DNA from: Octopus sinensis
Taxonomy: Eukaryota
DNA: 64,000 bases
Direction: 5' to 3'
NCBI RefSeq assembly: GCF_006345805.1
Contig: NC_043003.1
Location: 29,574,001-29,638,000 of the forward strand
In this document: piece after piece, positions 12,780 through 24,226 of the stretch
Layout: each line of letters opens with the position of its first letter
Position numbering within the stretch: the stretch's first letter is position 1
The notes under the pieces: model-generated
Seen by the model: only the letters and a program-made list of their open reading frames with translations
Told to the model about the DNA's origin: nothing
Databases searched by the model: none
Translations under genes and position numbers: made by a program

Positions 12780-12964
12780 TCACTGCTCAACCGGATCACT
12801 GCTCAACACTCAACAGGCTCCATTTCAGACTTGACTCAGTTCAAACACCTGTAAATCAGAAACCACAATTAGTTCAGAGCTGTAATTTGCAACCTAATCT
12901 ATAGAGATATAAATAATTGCACATGCAAAATTTCAGCTAGATCAAATAACTGCATGTGGGTCAG
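12780..12964 (-). mobile_element. Inverted fragment of the mariner 5' subterminal region
   Basis: Reverse complement of about 13307-13471; lacks the TIR. Confidence 0.85.
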
Positions 12965-13004
12965 TATATATATATACTCACACACACAAACACACAATGC
13001 AGGC

Positions 13005-13175
13005 ACAGGAGTGGCCGTGTGGTAAAAAGCTTGCTTTCCAACCACATGGTTATGAATGAGTTCAGTCCCACTGCATGGCACCTTGAGCAAGTGTCTTCTA
13101 CTATAGCTGCAGTCCAACCAAAGCCTTGTGAGTGGATTTGGTACACAGAAACTGAAAGCCTGTTGTATATATGCA

Positions 13176-13239
<64 letters not shown>

Positions 13240-13260
13240 TATGTGTGTGTGCGCATATAT
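13005..13260 (+). mobile_element. tRNA-derived SINE family 1, head and (TG)n
   Basis: GGAGTGGCCGTGTGGTAAAAAGCTTGC...CAGTCCCACTGC...CCAAAGCCTTGTGAGTGGATTTGG matches the full copy at 57762. Confidence 0.8.
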
Positions 13261-13280
13261 GTATGTAGATTTAATCAATA

Positions 13281-14526
13281 CGAGGGGCGTTCAATAAGTA
13301 ATGCCTCTGACCCACATGCAGTTATTTGATCTAGCATGTGCAATTATTTATATCTCTATAGATTAGGTTGCAAATTACAGCTCTGAACTAATTGTAGTTT
13401 CTGATTTACAGGTGTTTGAACTGAGTCAAGTCTGAAATGGAGCCTGTTGAGTGTTGAGCAGTGATCCGGTTTTTGTATTTGAAAGGACGCACACCACGGG
13501 AGACTTTTGATGAAATGAAAGTAACTTATGGTGATGATGCTTGTAAAACGCTGGCATCGTGAATTCAAACATGATCGGGACTCTGTGGAAACAGCTCCCA
13601 GATCTGGTCGCCCCCTCTCTGCCATTGATGAGGCATCTGTCTGTCAAGTTGAGGCTGCCATTTTGGAAGATCAACGCATAACTATTCGCCAAATAGCCCA
13701 TGAGGTCAAGATTAGTACCGGGTCTGTGGAAACTATCATTCATGACCATTTGCATATGCAAAAGGTGTCTGCCAGATGGATTCCCAGGTTGCTCACAACC
13801 TTTCCAGAAGCAAGAACGCGTCGAGTGCTCGAGGATGAATTTGGAGATGTGGCCAAGAGGATGAGTCAAAATTTTTCAAAAGTCTGATTGCACAGGATGA
13901 AACCTGGTCCATCACTATGATCCAGAGACCAAAGCCCAGTCAATGCAGTGGAAGCACCGTGATTCACCTCCTCCAAAGAAGGCAAGGTGCAGCCCTCCGC
14001 TGGCAAGGTCATGCTCACAGTCTTCTGGGATCAGGACGGAGTAGTGATGACAGATTTCCTGGTAAAAGGTACCACAATTACAGGAGCCTATTATGCTTCA
14101 CTTTTGAGGAAATTAAGAGAAGCTATCAAAATCAAGAGGCGGGGCAAGATCAGCAAAGCATCCTCCTCCTGCAGGACAACGCTCCGGTCCACAACTCGCG
14201 TGTCGCCAGATCAGAAGCGCAGGCGTGCGGCTATGAACTCCTCCCCCATGCACTCTCTGATTTTCACCTCTTCCCAGCCATGAAGTTGTTTTTGAAAGGA
14301 AAGCGTTTCCCAGATGATGCAGCATTGATTACTGAAGTCACGTCGTGGTTGGAAGAACAAGCTGGGGTCTTCTACAAGAACGGTCTCCAGAACTGCATCA
14401 AACAATGGGGGAAATGCGTAACTCTGGGTGGTTTCTATGTAGAAAAAGACTAATAACTGTGCCAAGTTTCGTTGCTCTACTGCTATGGGAAGTGGGTTAG
14501 GGGCATTACTTATTGAACGCCCCTCG
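13281..14526 (+). mobile_element. Full-length mariner (irritans-like), frameshifted transposase
   Basis: Perfect 25-bp TIRs CGAGGGGCGTTCAATAAGTAATGCC, TA on both sides; PRSGRP, DETWVHHYDPETK, SAGKVMLTVFWD, LLQDNAPVH; the YSPDLAP motif is deleted (ELLPHALSDFHLF). Confidence 0.95.
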
Positions 14527-15377
14527 TACCTGCAAATCCACTGCACGAGTATGAGGGACCCAAGCTCTAAACTCTCATATATCAAATGTTTGACATAGTA
14601 AGAAAAAAGAAACAAAACAGAATAAAAGGCTATGGAAATGGGACTGAGTGGGGTGCGAGGGTTTTAGTAAAGTATGATGCAGGTAACAGAAGAAGAAAGG
14701 GCAATAACAAGTTATTCAAAGAGAAATGAAAACAGAAAGGAGGAAATACCATAGAAGTTACATTTTAAATAAAGTCATGTTGGCAAATAACTTTGTTACC
14801 AGTAAAGAATGAGGGAGTGTGTGCATGTGTATATGTTTGTGCATTTGTGTATGTGGTGGGGAGATTTGGCTATTGGCTGCTTGTATAAAGCTATTGTTGT
14901 CATATACCTGTTAGTAATATAAAGCTATAGACATTATATACGCTTTTGTACACTGTAAGCGAATAGATTTGTGTACTTTTCATTGGTCAATGTCATGTTT
15001 GAAAGGAGATTGTTTGACTGAGAAGGAAGCTAAAAGAAAAACTGTTTACGTTATTTAGTTATTGGTGGGGTGTTGGAAGAAAGATAAATGACAGAATAGT
15101 AAACATGAGTGGAACAAAGCAATTTTTGAATCAGTATTTAGTTTTAACCATTTACATCCTGATCTCGAATTCCACAAGTGTCAGTATCATAAGCACCAGT
15201 TAAGTCATAATCCTCTGCAAAAGTTAAAGAAAGAAGAAAGAAGAAATTATTATTTAGCTATTAGTATTATAAAGTTGCAAAAGGGTTACAAAAATTAGTA
15301 TTATAAAAAATAAAATGTTTTGAATGACACAACAATGCACTATAATACAAACGATGTGATTTAATCATCCATAGTCT

Positions 15378-15417
15378 GATATAATATTTCGGAATAAAAA
15401 TTCCTTCTTCAGATATC
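15378..15417 (-). ncRNA. Minimal type-I hammerhead motif, family E
   Basis: GAUAU-CUGAAGA-A-GGAAU(UUUU)AUUCC-GAA-AUAU-U-AUAUC; all core nucleotides and stems intact; palindromic AUAU stem III. Confidence 0.85.
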
Positions 15418-15490
15418 CCTAGGAATCGATGGAGTCGCTGCTATCAACATTGGAAAACCAATTATAGCAGAGACTCCATCGATTCCTAGA

Positions 15491-15530
15491 GATATCTGAA
15501 GAAGGAATTTTTATTCTGAAATATTATATC
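15491..15530 (+). ncRNA. Minimal type-I hammerhead motif, family E
   Basis: Same fold as the left arm, with G.U instead of G-C closing stem II. Confidence 0.8.
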
Positions 15531-16065
15531 AGACTATGGATGATTAAATCACATCGTTTGTATTATAGTGCATTGTTGTGTCATTCAAAACATTTTATTC
15601 TTTACAAACAATAAACAATGCTTCAAGTGAACTACAATACTCTCCTAGTATTATAAAGTTATAAATGACTTGGCAGAATCATTTAAGTACTGGAAAATAT
15701 GTTTGGAGATATTACTTCCAGTCTTTTATGTTCTGAGCTCTAAATCTAGCTGAGGACAACTTTGTTTTGCATCCTTTTGGGGTTGCTAAAATAAATACAA
15801 GACATTTTGGAGCTAGTCATACTAGAGACCTTAGTATTCAAAATTTCACATTTTGTGCCTATATTAGAAACAAACAATTATAAAGACTCATGATGGAATA
15901 CTCGATCTACAAGATGGTGCTTCAGTTACATATATCAGACACCTTAGTAATGAAATTTTATATTAATTAGAAGGACTAACAGTTATTTTCAGTTATAAAA
16001 TGGTTTGCAATATAAAATATGAGTGGATTTGGTAAATGAAAACTGAAAGAAGCCCATCATCATCA

Positions 16066-16235
16066 TCATTTAATGTCCATTTTCCATACTGGCATGGGTT
16101 GGACAGTTTGACTGGAGCCGGTAAGGCCAGAGGCCACACCAAGTTCCATTCTCCTGGCATGGTTTCCATGGCTGGATGCCCTTCCTAACACCAATCACTC
16201 TACAAAGTGTACTGGATGCTTTTTATATGGCACCA
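16066..16235 (-). mobile_element. Solo RTE 3' tail
   Basis: (CAT)n-TTAATGTCCATTTTCCATACTGGCATGGGTTGGAC...GGATGCCCTTCCTAACACCAATCACT. Confidence 0.8.
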
Positions 16236-16567
16236 GCACTAGTATCAACTCTGCTGTGGCTGACAAGTCTGATAAAAATATATGTGTATGTAAAAATGTG
16301 TATACATGTATATGTGTGCATGAGTTTATGTGTTTGCACTGTTTTTCCTAGACATCACTCAATAGTTGTAAACAAGTACCACTGTTGTATACACAACATC
16401 TTTTGCTTTTCATTTTCCATGAAAATATGTCCAGCCATGGGGAAATATTACTTTGCCTGTGAGGTTGTTGATGGGGAAGACAACCAACTGTAAAAAATTG
16501 AATTTTCTATTCTGTCTGACCATGCAAGCATAAAAAAGTGAATGTTAAATTGATGATTATGACACAT

Positions 16568-16645
<78 letters not shown>

Positions 16646-16646
<1 letters not shown>

Positions 16647-16713
16647 GTAGCACAGGGGATAGCGCACTGGACTTCTAATCCAGAGGCCGTGAGTTCGAAT
16701 CTCACCAGGGATG
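16646..16713 (+). tRNA. tRNA-Arg(TCT): tRNA-Arg(TCT) pseudogene lacking the 5' acceptor strand
   Basis: Anticodon arm CTGGA-CTTCTAA-TCCAG, T-arm GTGAG-TTCGAAT-CTCAC, 3' acceptor strand CAGGGATG; the first about 5 nt are replaced by (TA)n. Confidence 0.85.
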
Positions 16714-18994
16714 ATTGACTTTCAGGTTACCGTCCAACCCATGCTAGGTTAAATGATGATGATGATGGTGTAGTTGTCTCAGTGATATTGTGCTTCTGTG
16801 TATACTTCTATATTTCTATATTTCTGGTAGCATGACATCAGGCACAACCTATTGCATAATCAGGTCATTGGTGACTAATACAACACTCCTACAAAAACAG
16901 GTAATAAGAAAGGGGGACTTTTGAACACTCTTTGGTAGGAAAAACAAAACCTACCAGGCTGATGAACTCAACAGAGACAAAAGCTAAAACAATATTGTGT
17001 ATTTATGCATGCTTAAAATTCATGTGAAGGCAGGATTTGTGGCAGATTGCATAAAGGAACGCAAACATCAATAGTCAAGTTTCAGCAAGCAGAAAGGTGA
17101 TATCCAGCAACGTCACTGTTGACAGATATTTCAGAGGATGGGGAGACACATCACCCTCGTGTTCATGCATTGGAGCAATGAAGACCATTTAATCATCCTT
17201 AGGATGGCTAATGTCTTACATAGTGACTTTGTTTAAAGTGAAGAAAAGTTGCACACCTTCAACTTCCCTCTCTCATTTGTGAGTATCTTCAATCCAGTGT
17301 CAACACCAGGTCAAGATTACTGAAGATGGAGCTAGATGCAATGGATGACCAAGATGTCTTATCTCATCTTGCTCTTTGCATTCCACAATCCATTGCTGAA
17401 ACTGTCTTTCCATTTGCTGAACATTGAAGATCTCTTCCACAGAGTTTGCAGAATACAGTCTTCATATACATGGCCCTAATATGCTAATTAACCCATAGCC
17501 AGGACCTTGACAAGTGCTACTACTCTGGGTCAGAGTAGACTTGGGAACAATAGTGACAAGGAGGTGGTTTTATAGTCGTCCAAACCTTGGGACTCCTGAA
17601 GCAAAGCCCCACTACCAGATGCAGCTTAGAGCCAAACCCAGGGTTTGGCATAAAAAATCATAAATAACATTAAAAAAATAATAAATCACGATGGTGATTT
17701 ATGGGGAAACACATAAATCACCCTCGTCATCCCACCACACATTCCTGATATACTTCTTATTATCTTGAACCCTTTGCCACTGGTCCAGGAAGTCAGGAAT
17801 GAGAGAATGAGGCCAATCATCCTCTGCAGTTCTTCCTCACTATAATCTAAGTCAGGTTTCAAACTTCTGAAAATTGCAAATGAATGATAGACCTTTCATT
17901 GAGGTAGTCAAGTTATTACACATATCTGTGATTGTGTGATACCACCAGTTTGATAATGCCACCATATATACAGGTAGGGGTAGTCATGAATATCTAGTTC
18001 CTTTTAGAGCTGCATCATACACTGCTGTAGCATATTAGAGGTGGGGTCTTGGTTTCCTTTATAAATGAAGGGTGTTCATGATTTAGTAAAGAAGGAACCA
18101 ACATTTCTTTCAAGGCAACTAAAAGATCCCAGTTGAAAAAGATGTTAATTTAAGACATGTACCTCAACTGAACTGATACTGATTCTTCATCGTTTGGTAA
18201 ACTGGATCAATCTAGAATTAAGTATTCTGTCTTGAAATTCAATAACTCACTGACCACTAACCCTCAAGAAAATACTCCAGGTCCTTCAGATTCACTTATA
18301 GTAAGGAAGGTCTGCACTGGATGACCAGTCAAAGCATGAATGGTTTTACTTTTCAATTTGATGATGATAAAGTAAAAAGTTATCTTTTTATGTTTCACCA
18401 CCTATCACTTCCTACTCCTCCTTCTCCTCCTCCTCCTCCTTAACCCAGTCCTATTTTTCTTACATTCCTTAAAACTGAGACTCATTGCCCACACCTCCAT
18501 CTAAATTCACCATTCACTGCATTCACTTCTCTTCTATCCTCATCTTACCAACTTACCTACCTGCCCAATCATCCTCAATTCTTTGTCTCTATTCTCTCTT
18601 TATCCACCTTCTTATACCTTCAGGGTATGCCCTAGCTTCTCATCTCTACTATCCTTTTTACCATTCCCTCTGGTGTAGCCATGTACCTCCTCTACAGCAA
18701 GACCATGTTCCTGTCTGTCTTTCACACTTTAGTCTTTCACATCTGGAACAAAATCATCTCCTTCGACACTGCATTCCCACTTTGTTGAGGATTCTTGTCT
18801 TGCAACTTACTTGGTACCCTCACAAATACTGGTGCCATGGAAAAAACATCCCATACATTCTTTAAAGCATTGACATTAAGAAGGGCACACAACTGTAGAG
18901 GACTTTCCAAACCAGACATTTGAAAACCAACACAGCCCTCAGGCCAATCAAATCTTGTCAAGCCATCCAAACCATGGCAGCATAGAGTATAAAT

Positions 18995-19160
18995 GTTAAA
19001 TAGTAATGATGGTGGTGGTGGTGGTGGCGATGGTGGTGGTGGTGGCGATGGTGGTGGCGGCGGCAGCAGCAGTGGTGGTGGTGGCGGTGGCAGTGGTGGT
19101 TGCGGTGGTGGTGGTGGTGGTGGTGGTGGTGGTGGTGGTGGTGGTGGTGGTGATGATGGT
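18995..19160. repeat. (GGT/GGC)n microsatellite after an RTE tail remnant
   Basis: Visible; preceded by CCATCCAAACCATGGCAGCATAGAG...GTTAAATAGTAATGAT. Confidence 0.9.
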
Positions 19161-19239
19161 GAAGGAGCTTTATAGATATGGGCTCAGATATGGCTGTGAG
19201 GTTAAGAAGATCACTTTGCTGCTATAGCCTTGACTAATT

Positions 19240-19620
19240 AATGCCTTCTGAGTGAATTTGGTACACAGACACCATGTGAATGCCAGTTGCATATGTGTGT
19301 GTGTATGTATGTATATATGTACATATGTATGTATGTATGTATGCATATGTGTGTATGTAAGTATGTATGTATGTATGTAAGTATGTATGTATATATGTAT
19401 GTATGTGTGCATGTATGTATATATCTATGTATGTATCTATGTATGTATTTGTGTTTGTCGCCACTACCTCTTGACAACTGGCATTGGTTTGTTTATGTTC
19501 CTATAACTTAGTCAGAAGAGACTGATAGAATAAGATTTAAAGTAAGTACAGGGGTTAACTTGTTTGACTACACCCTTTAAAGCACTTCCCCAGCATAGCC
19601 ACAGTCATGACAGACTGACA
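19240..19620 (+). mobile_element. SINE family 1, 3' portion
   Basis: CTTGACAACTGGCATTGG...CCCCAGCATAGCCACAGTC...GACTGACAAGAAGTAAAG resembles 57960-58170. Confidence 0.7.
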
Positions 19621-19986
19621 AGAAGTAAAGGATAAAAGATACTGTGTATGCAGTCATATAGCCAGCTAGAAATAGCACCCAATTTTCCTTCAAATCATTC
19701 CTGTCTCAAAATATACAGGGTGGTCATCACTAGGAATGTCACATCATAGACTCAGTTAAGTTAGACCTGAGAGCAGACAATATCAAAAACATCTGCTCCA
19801 ATTAAATTGATTGGATTTTCTCCCTGCTCAAAAAGTGAACACCCCATTTGCTTTTATTTATTTAAAAAGAATTAGAAATTAAGCTAAAAGAAAAAATATA
19901 CTGAAATTATTGTATTGAAACAAACTATTGTTTATTCCAAATACCAAACATTCTTTACATTCTTTTATTTTTTATTTTATTTGCAG

Positions 19987-21330
19987 TTGGTGCAGGTTGG
20001 TGAGCAACTGCTGTTATCCGGTGATATTACAACCAGCGTCCAATCAAGAAACCACAAAATAAAACTACTGCGGTGCATCAATAATAAAAGCGAAAACATC
20101 TATCTGCCATTTGAGAAAAGAGGGATTTTTTCACCAATTTATTCAGAAGATATGTACACTGGAGTACTTCAGATTCGAGATATTATCCAAAAGTACCGTA
20201 TGCCACTTACTGTCAAATTGGTGCATGGAATTTGGCCTAAGGTAGAGAAAGAACGTTTCACTGGTTTAATACGTCTAGATTGGGTTTATGTTGATGATAC
20301 AGTATTTATGTGTCCTTTCGAAAAAGACATTATTCGTATGATCCCAGTACCTTTAGATTCCTCACTGCAGTTAGCACCTTCAACAAATTTCAAAGCCTTG
20401 ACAGAGAAAGAATCTTACAAAAAACTTCATTCAAAATGTTCAAGAATGGTGTCCAACTACAATAACACAATCCATCTCATAGTAAATGTACCAAATGCTG
20501 TAGCAAGATGTTTAAACAATAAAGTGTCACGTAATATGTTTTCCCAGACAGCTCAGCCAGAGTCAAATGCAAAATCAATCTCCAAGACTAAAGAAAAGAG
20601 GCTGATGGATGAGATTGATGATATATATCAGTTTGTCCGTGATGGTGGTGTAGCACCAAAGTCAAAGTTTACTTATGATTCAGATGAAGAAAGCTTCTGG
20701 GAAGAACCAGCTTATGAGCCACTTGATAACTTCCAGCAATGTCTCAAGGCTATTGAATCAGGAAAGCAAGTTCAGTACCACAAGAAATACCAGCCTGCAG
20801 ATGCAGCCAAACTTGGTTTGGGGCGCAAACAAAATGCTGGTAACATCCGTAAGTCGCAGAGATCATACGTTTCAACGGCTGCTAACAGTAAATCCAAGGA
20901 AAAACAAAAACAAGTAGTTGAACAACGGAACTTGACTCAAATTAAGCCTGAAACAGACAGAGCAACAAATAATCAGAACTTAACTAAGAGTTGCAATAAT
21001 GTTTCTGATTTACCATTAGGTTCCAATAGCAAAGACTCTGGTAAGACATCCCATAGTGCTGAAACACCACTCCCACCACCTATCCCACCACGCCACTACA
21101 AAAGATCTGGTTCTTTCCCATTATTGGATACTGCACCTGTTTTAAAGCTTATACAAGCTTCAAGTGATCAGCATTTAATGCAGTCTTCGAAGTCAAACAA
21201 CACCAGCCAGGGCTCAAGTGCTACCAGTAGTGCAAACAGTTCAAAAAAATTCTCAAAAAAATTGGCTTTGGAAGAATCAGCACATTTTATAAAACACCTG
21301 AACAAAAGACGGCAGACAATGTTTTTATAA
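19987..21330 (+). CDS. Terminal coding exon of a CABIT-domain adaptor protein (GAREM/THEMIS/Serrano-like)
   Basis: 1344-bp non-repetitive open frame after a polypyrimidine tract and TTGCAG acceptor (phase 0); N-terminal half fits CABIT (VGEQLLL...LRCIN...IYLPFEKRGIFS...RMPLTVKLVHG...IPVPLD); DIYQF and PAYEPL tyrosine motifs; PPPPIPPR; TAA stop. Upstream exons not identified. Confidence 0.85.
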   Translation: MVQVGEQLLLSGDITTSVQSRNHKIKLLRCINNKSENIYLPFEKRGIFSPIYSEDMYTGVLQIRDIIQKYRMPLTVKLVHGIWPKVEKERFTGLIRLDWVYVDDTVFMCPFEKDIIRMIPVPLDSSLQLAPSTNFKALTEKESYKKLHSKCSRMVSNYNNTIHLIVNVPNAVARCLNNKVSRNMFSQTAQPESNAKSISKTKEKRLMDEIDDIYQFVRDGGVAPKSKFTYDSDEESFWEEPAYEPLDNFQQCLKAIESGKQVQYHKKYQPADAAKLGLGRKQNAGNIRKSQRSYVSTAANSKSKEKQKQVVEQRNLTQIKPETDRATNNQNLTKSCNNVSDLPLGSNSKDSGKTSHSAETPLPPPIPPRHYKRSGSFPLLDTAPVLKLIQASSDQHLMQSSKSNNTSQGSSATSSANSSKKFSKKLALEESAHFIKHLNKRRQTMFL

Positions 21331-21384
21331 CAAATTTTATTTTTGTACTCTTTTTGGAGACATTGGCAACAAATTCAATTTTTC

Positions 21385-21391
21385 TAATAAA
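21385..21391 (+). promoter_or_regulatory. Candidate proximal poly(A) signal AATAAA
   Basis: AATAAA about 55 nt after the stop codon; usage unknown. Confidence 0.4.
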
Positions 21392-21541
21392 GAAATGTCC
21401 AAGCTCTATTTCATTTGTTGAATTAATACTCATATATTTTCTCTTTCACTATTCCATAATTTGCCTCCCTCTGACCTTGTGAGCACCGCCAGCAATTTTT
21501 TTTCCTCTGTCTTCCCTTCTCGGGATCTTTCCTTCTCCTTT

Positions 21542-21576
21542 GTTTCCGACGAAGAGCTCCGCTCGAAATGTTAAAC
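21542..21576 (+). ncRNA. Minimal hammerhead motif, family C (U4C core)
   Basis: GUUU-CCGACGA-A-GAGC(UCC)GCUC-GAA-AUGU-U-AAAC; stem I GUUU/AAAC; downstream sequence resembles family B. Confidence 0.75.
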
Positions 21577-21769
21577 CCTCCTTCCCTTCTTTCCTGAGCA
21601 TCCAATAATACTTTATTTGTTCCACGTCCTCGCGTTGCTGTGTTTTTTTTGTGTTTTCTTGTTTGGATTAACTATATATATATATATATGTATATAAATA
21701 TACATGTATATATATGCATACATACATATATACATATATATATACATATATATATATATACATATAATA

Positions 21770-21900
21770 ATGTTCGTCCTTCGGTTCGAAGATGACCAAC
21801 TGACATCATCTGATGGAACTGCCGCCATGAGACCTGAGGTGGCTGGTGAGGCCAATCCAGGCAAGGAAGCCCCTCCCACAGGTGGGGCAGAAGTGGGTAG
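21770..21900 (-). mobile_element. Possible LINE/SINE 3' tail (CR1/L3-type)
   Basis: Minus strand ends GATGTCAGTTGGTCATCTTCGAACCGAAGGACGAACA, resembling L3/MIR3-type tails from memory only. Confidence 0.35.
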
Positions 21901-21912
21901 GGGCTTACACAT

Positions 21913-21953
<41 letters not shown>

Positions 21954-21984
21954 CACATGTACTTTATTTAAAAGCAGCAGAAAT

Positions 21985-22083
21985 ATAACAAAAGCTGTTA
22001 CTCAGAGTTTCACGTTCCTGTTAAAATAGAACAAAACTGTCCGATGAAAGGGAACGTAAACTCTGAGTAACAGCTTTTGTTAT
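21985..22083. repeat. Inverted repeat built from family F hammerhead element ends
   Basis: ATAACAAAAGCTGTTACTCAGAGTTTCACGTTCC pairs with GGAACGTAAACTCTGAGTAACAGCTTTTGTTAT. Confidence 0.9.
22037..22073 (+). ncRNA. Degenerate hammerhead motif, family F (U4C core, 3-bp stem III)
   Basis: CUGU-CCGAUGA-AAG(GGAA)CGU-[G]AA-ACU(CUG)AGU-A-ACAG; G12 is missing here but present in the opposite arm (GGAACGTGAAACTCTGAGTAACAG). Confidence 0.6.
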
Positions 22084-22133
22084 GTGTACACATTATATAT
22101 ATATACACATATATATGTATATATGTGTGTGTG

Positions 22134-22184
<51 letters not shown>

Positions 22185-22190
22185 TATATA

Positions 22191-22234
<44 letters not shown>

Positions 22235-22260
22235 GTACATGTGTATATATATATATATAC

Positions 22261-22306
<46 letters not shown>

Positions 22307-23229
22307 TATTGAAAAAATTCGTCATAGGTATAAAGATACTATATCATCATCATCATCATGTATAACAAGTATAAAAATGGAGAAAATATGTTAAAATCAA
22401 AATTAGATTTAATACAAAATTGAATTTAATACATACATGGCTATTTTTATGAATATGATGAATTTTAATTGGAAATGATCCTAGAATCATTAGAATTTTT
22501 TTTTCATTGAATGAATTCCTGTAACCTTCTAATATTGCAAAATTAGGTTACTTAAGATGAGCCTGGTAACTGATGGTTTTGGGGTCTTTTTTGTAACTTT
22601 TGGTGAGCCATGGTGCAACCACCAGCATGGTAAAAATCTCTGCCATTAATTCAGTGTGGATGGGTAATATCAAATAATTCAATCACAACATTCTAGAGCC
22701 AGATGTTCTTGTTGTTGCCAACCATCACCTGTTTCCAAGCAAAGTGATATTTTCTCATAGCCAGATATGTTTTTACAGATTATTAGAAATGAATTACACT
22801 GCTTGTATAACAGTGACACTCATTTACAACTATCACTCAAAGTCAAAGAGACACAAACGTACACACACTCACACACATATAGACACAAGTACATATATAT
22901 ATGTATGTATATTTAACAAATTAGATGGGCGGCTTACTAGCAATTTGAACCTATAGGCAAAAATCAATAGAGGTCACAGAAGTGACAGAGGGTACTGACT
23001 AGCACCACTATTGCTAGAAATAAAGAGTTAAAACAACTCAAAAGCCACAAAGCACAATCCTATCAATTTTTGCCTTTAGGTTCAAATTGCTAATAAGCCA
23101 CCCATTTAATTTGGTGTTTACAATTTTACTGATTTTAAAATCAGCATATGTTTTCTTATAAGGCTGACAGAGGTAGTTCAGTTTAACCCTAGGCACTTTT
23201 ATGACCTCTATTAATTTTGCCTGTATGTA

Positions 23230-23460
23230 TACATATTCTCTTTTACTCTTTTACTTGTTTCACTCAATTGACTGCAGCTATGCTGGTGCACTGCCTTTAG
23301 TTGAACAAATCGCCCCCAGGACTTATTCTTTGTAAAGCTAGTACTTATTCTATCAGTCCCTTTTACTGAACTGCTAAGTTACAGGGATGTAAATACACCA
23401 ACATCAGTTGTCAAGTGATGGTGGGGGAGATAAGCACACACACATACACACACACACACA
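23230..23460 (-). mobile_element. SINE family 1, 3' portion
   Basis: Reverse complement of the CTTGACAAC...CCAGCATAGCTGCAGTC...GAAACAAGTAAAAAGAG tail. Confidence 0.75.
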
Positions 23461-23819
23461 CTCACACACACATACATATATGTATGTATGAGAAAAAATA
23501 AGTTCAAAAAGAACAGTTCAAACTTTTTCAGAGTTCAAAAAAAAAAGAAAAAAAATTATTTGTAATAAAGATTCATCATATTCATAAAAATCAATCAGAG
23601 CAAGTAATAAGAATATTAAAAAAATGGTTGAAAAATTTCATTATAGGAATAGATATACCATAAACAAGTATTAAAAAATGGAGAAAAAAGATGTTAAATC
23701 AAAATGAGATTTAATACAAAATTGGATTCAATACATACACACATTTCGAAAGACAATACAAATACGTAAGAAAATAATTACAATCATAATAATTATAATT
23801 ATAATGTATGTATATACAA

Positions 23820-24018
23820 CAGGCTTGTTTCAGCTTCTGTCTATTAAATTCACTCACAAGGCTTTGGTCGGCCATACAGTGCCATACAGTGGGACTGAAC
23901 CCGGAACCATGTCGTTGGGAAGCAAGCTTCTTACCACACCATTATCAAGGTGCCATACAGTGGGACTGAACCCGGAACCATGTCGTTGGGAAGCAAGCTT
24001 CTTACCACACCATTATCA
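23820..24018 (-). mobile_element. SINE family 1 head with exact 71-bp tandem duplication
   Basis: GTGCCATACAGTGGGACTGAACCCGGAACC...CACCATTATCA occurs at 23879 and 23950. Confidence 0.85.
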
Positions 24019-24160
24019 TCATCATCATTTAAAATCAGCTTTCCATGTTGGCATGGGTTGGATGATTTGACAGGAACTGGCCAGGCAGAAGACTGCACCA
24101 GACTTCTGTGTCTGTTTTGGCATGGTTTTTATAGCTAGATGCTTTCCTAACACCAACCAC
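24015..24160 (-). mobile_element. Solo RTE 3' tail
   Basis: (CAT)n...TTTCCATGTTGGCATGGGTTGGA...GATGCTTTCCTAACACCAACCAC. Confidence 0.75.
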
Positions 24161-24180
24161 CCAGCAATAGATAGACAAAC

Positions 24181-24226
<46 letters not shown>

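Larger units (their letters stand above)
15309..15599. repeat. About 290-bp fold-back palindrome carrying two family E hammerheads
   Basis: Arms pair almost continuously to the central ATTGG-AAAA-CCAAT loop. Confidence 0.92.

Noticed and set aside
17694-17723. 11-bp perfect hairpin GGTGATTTATG/CATAAATCACC
   Set aside because: Single short stem with no supporting context.
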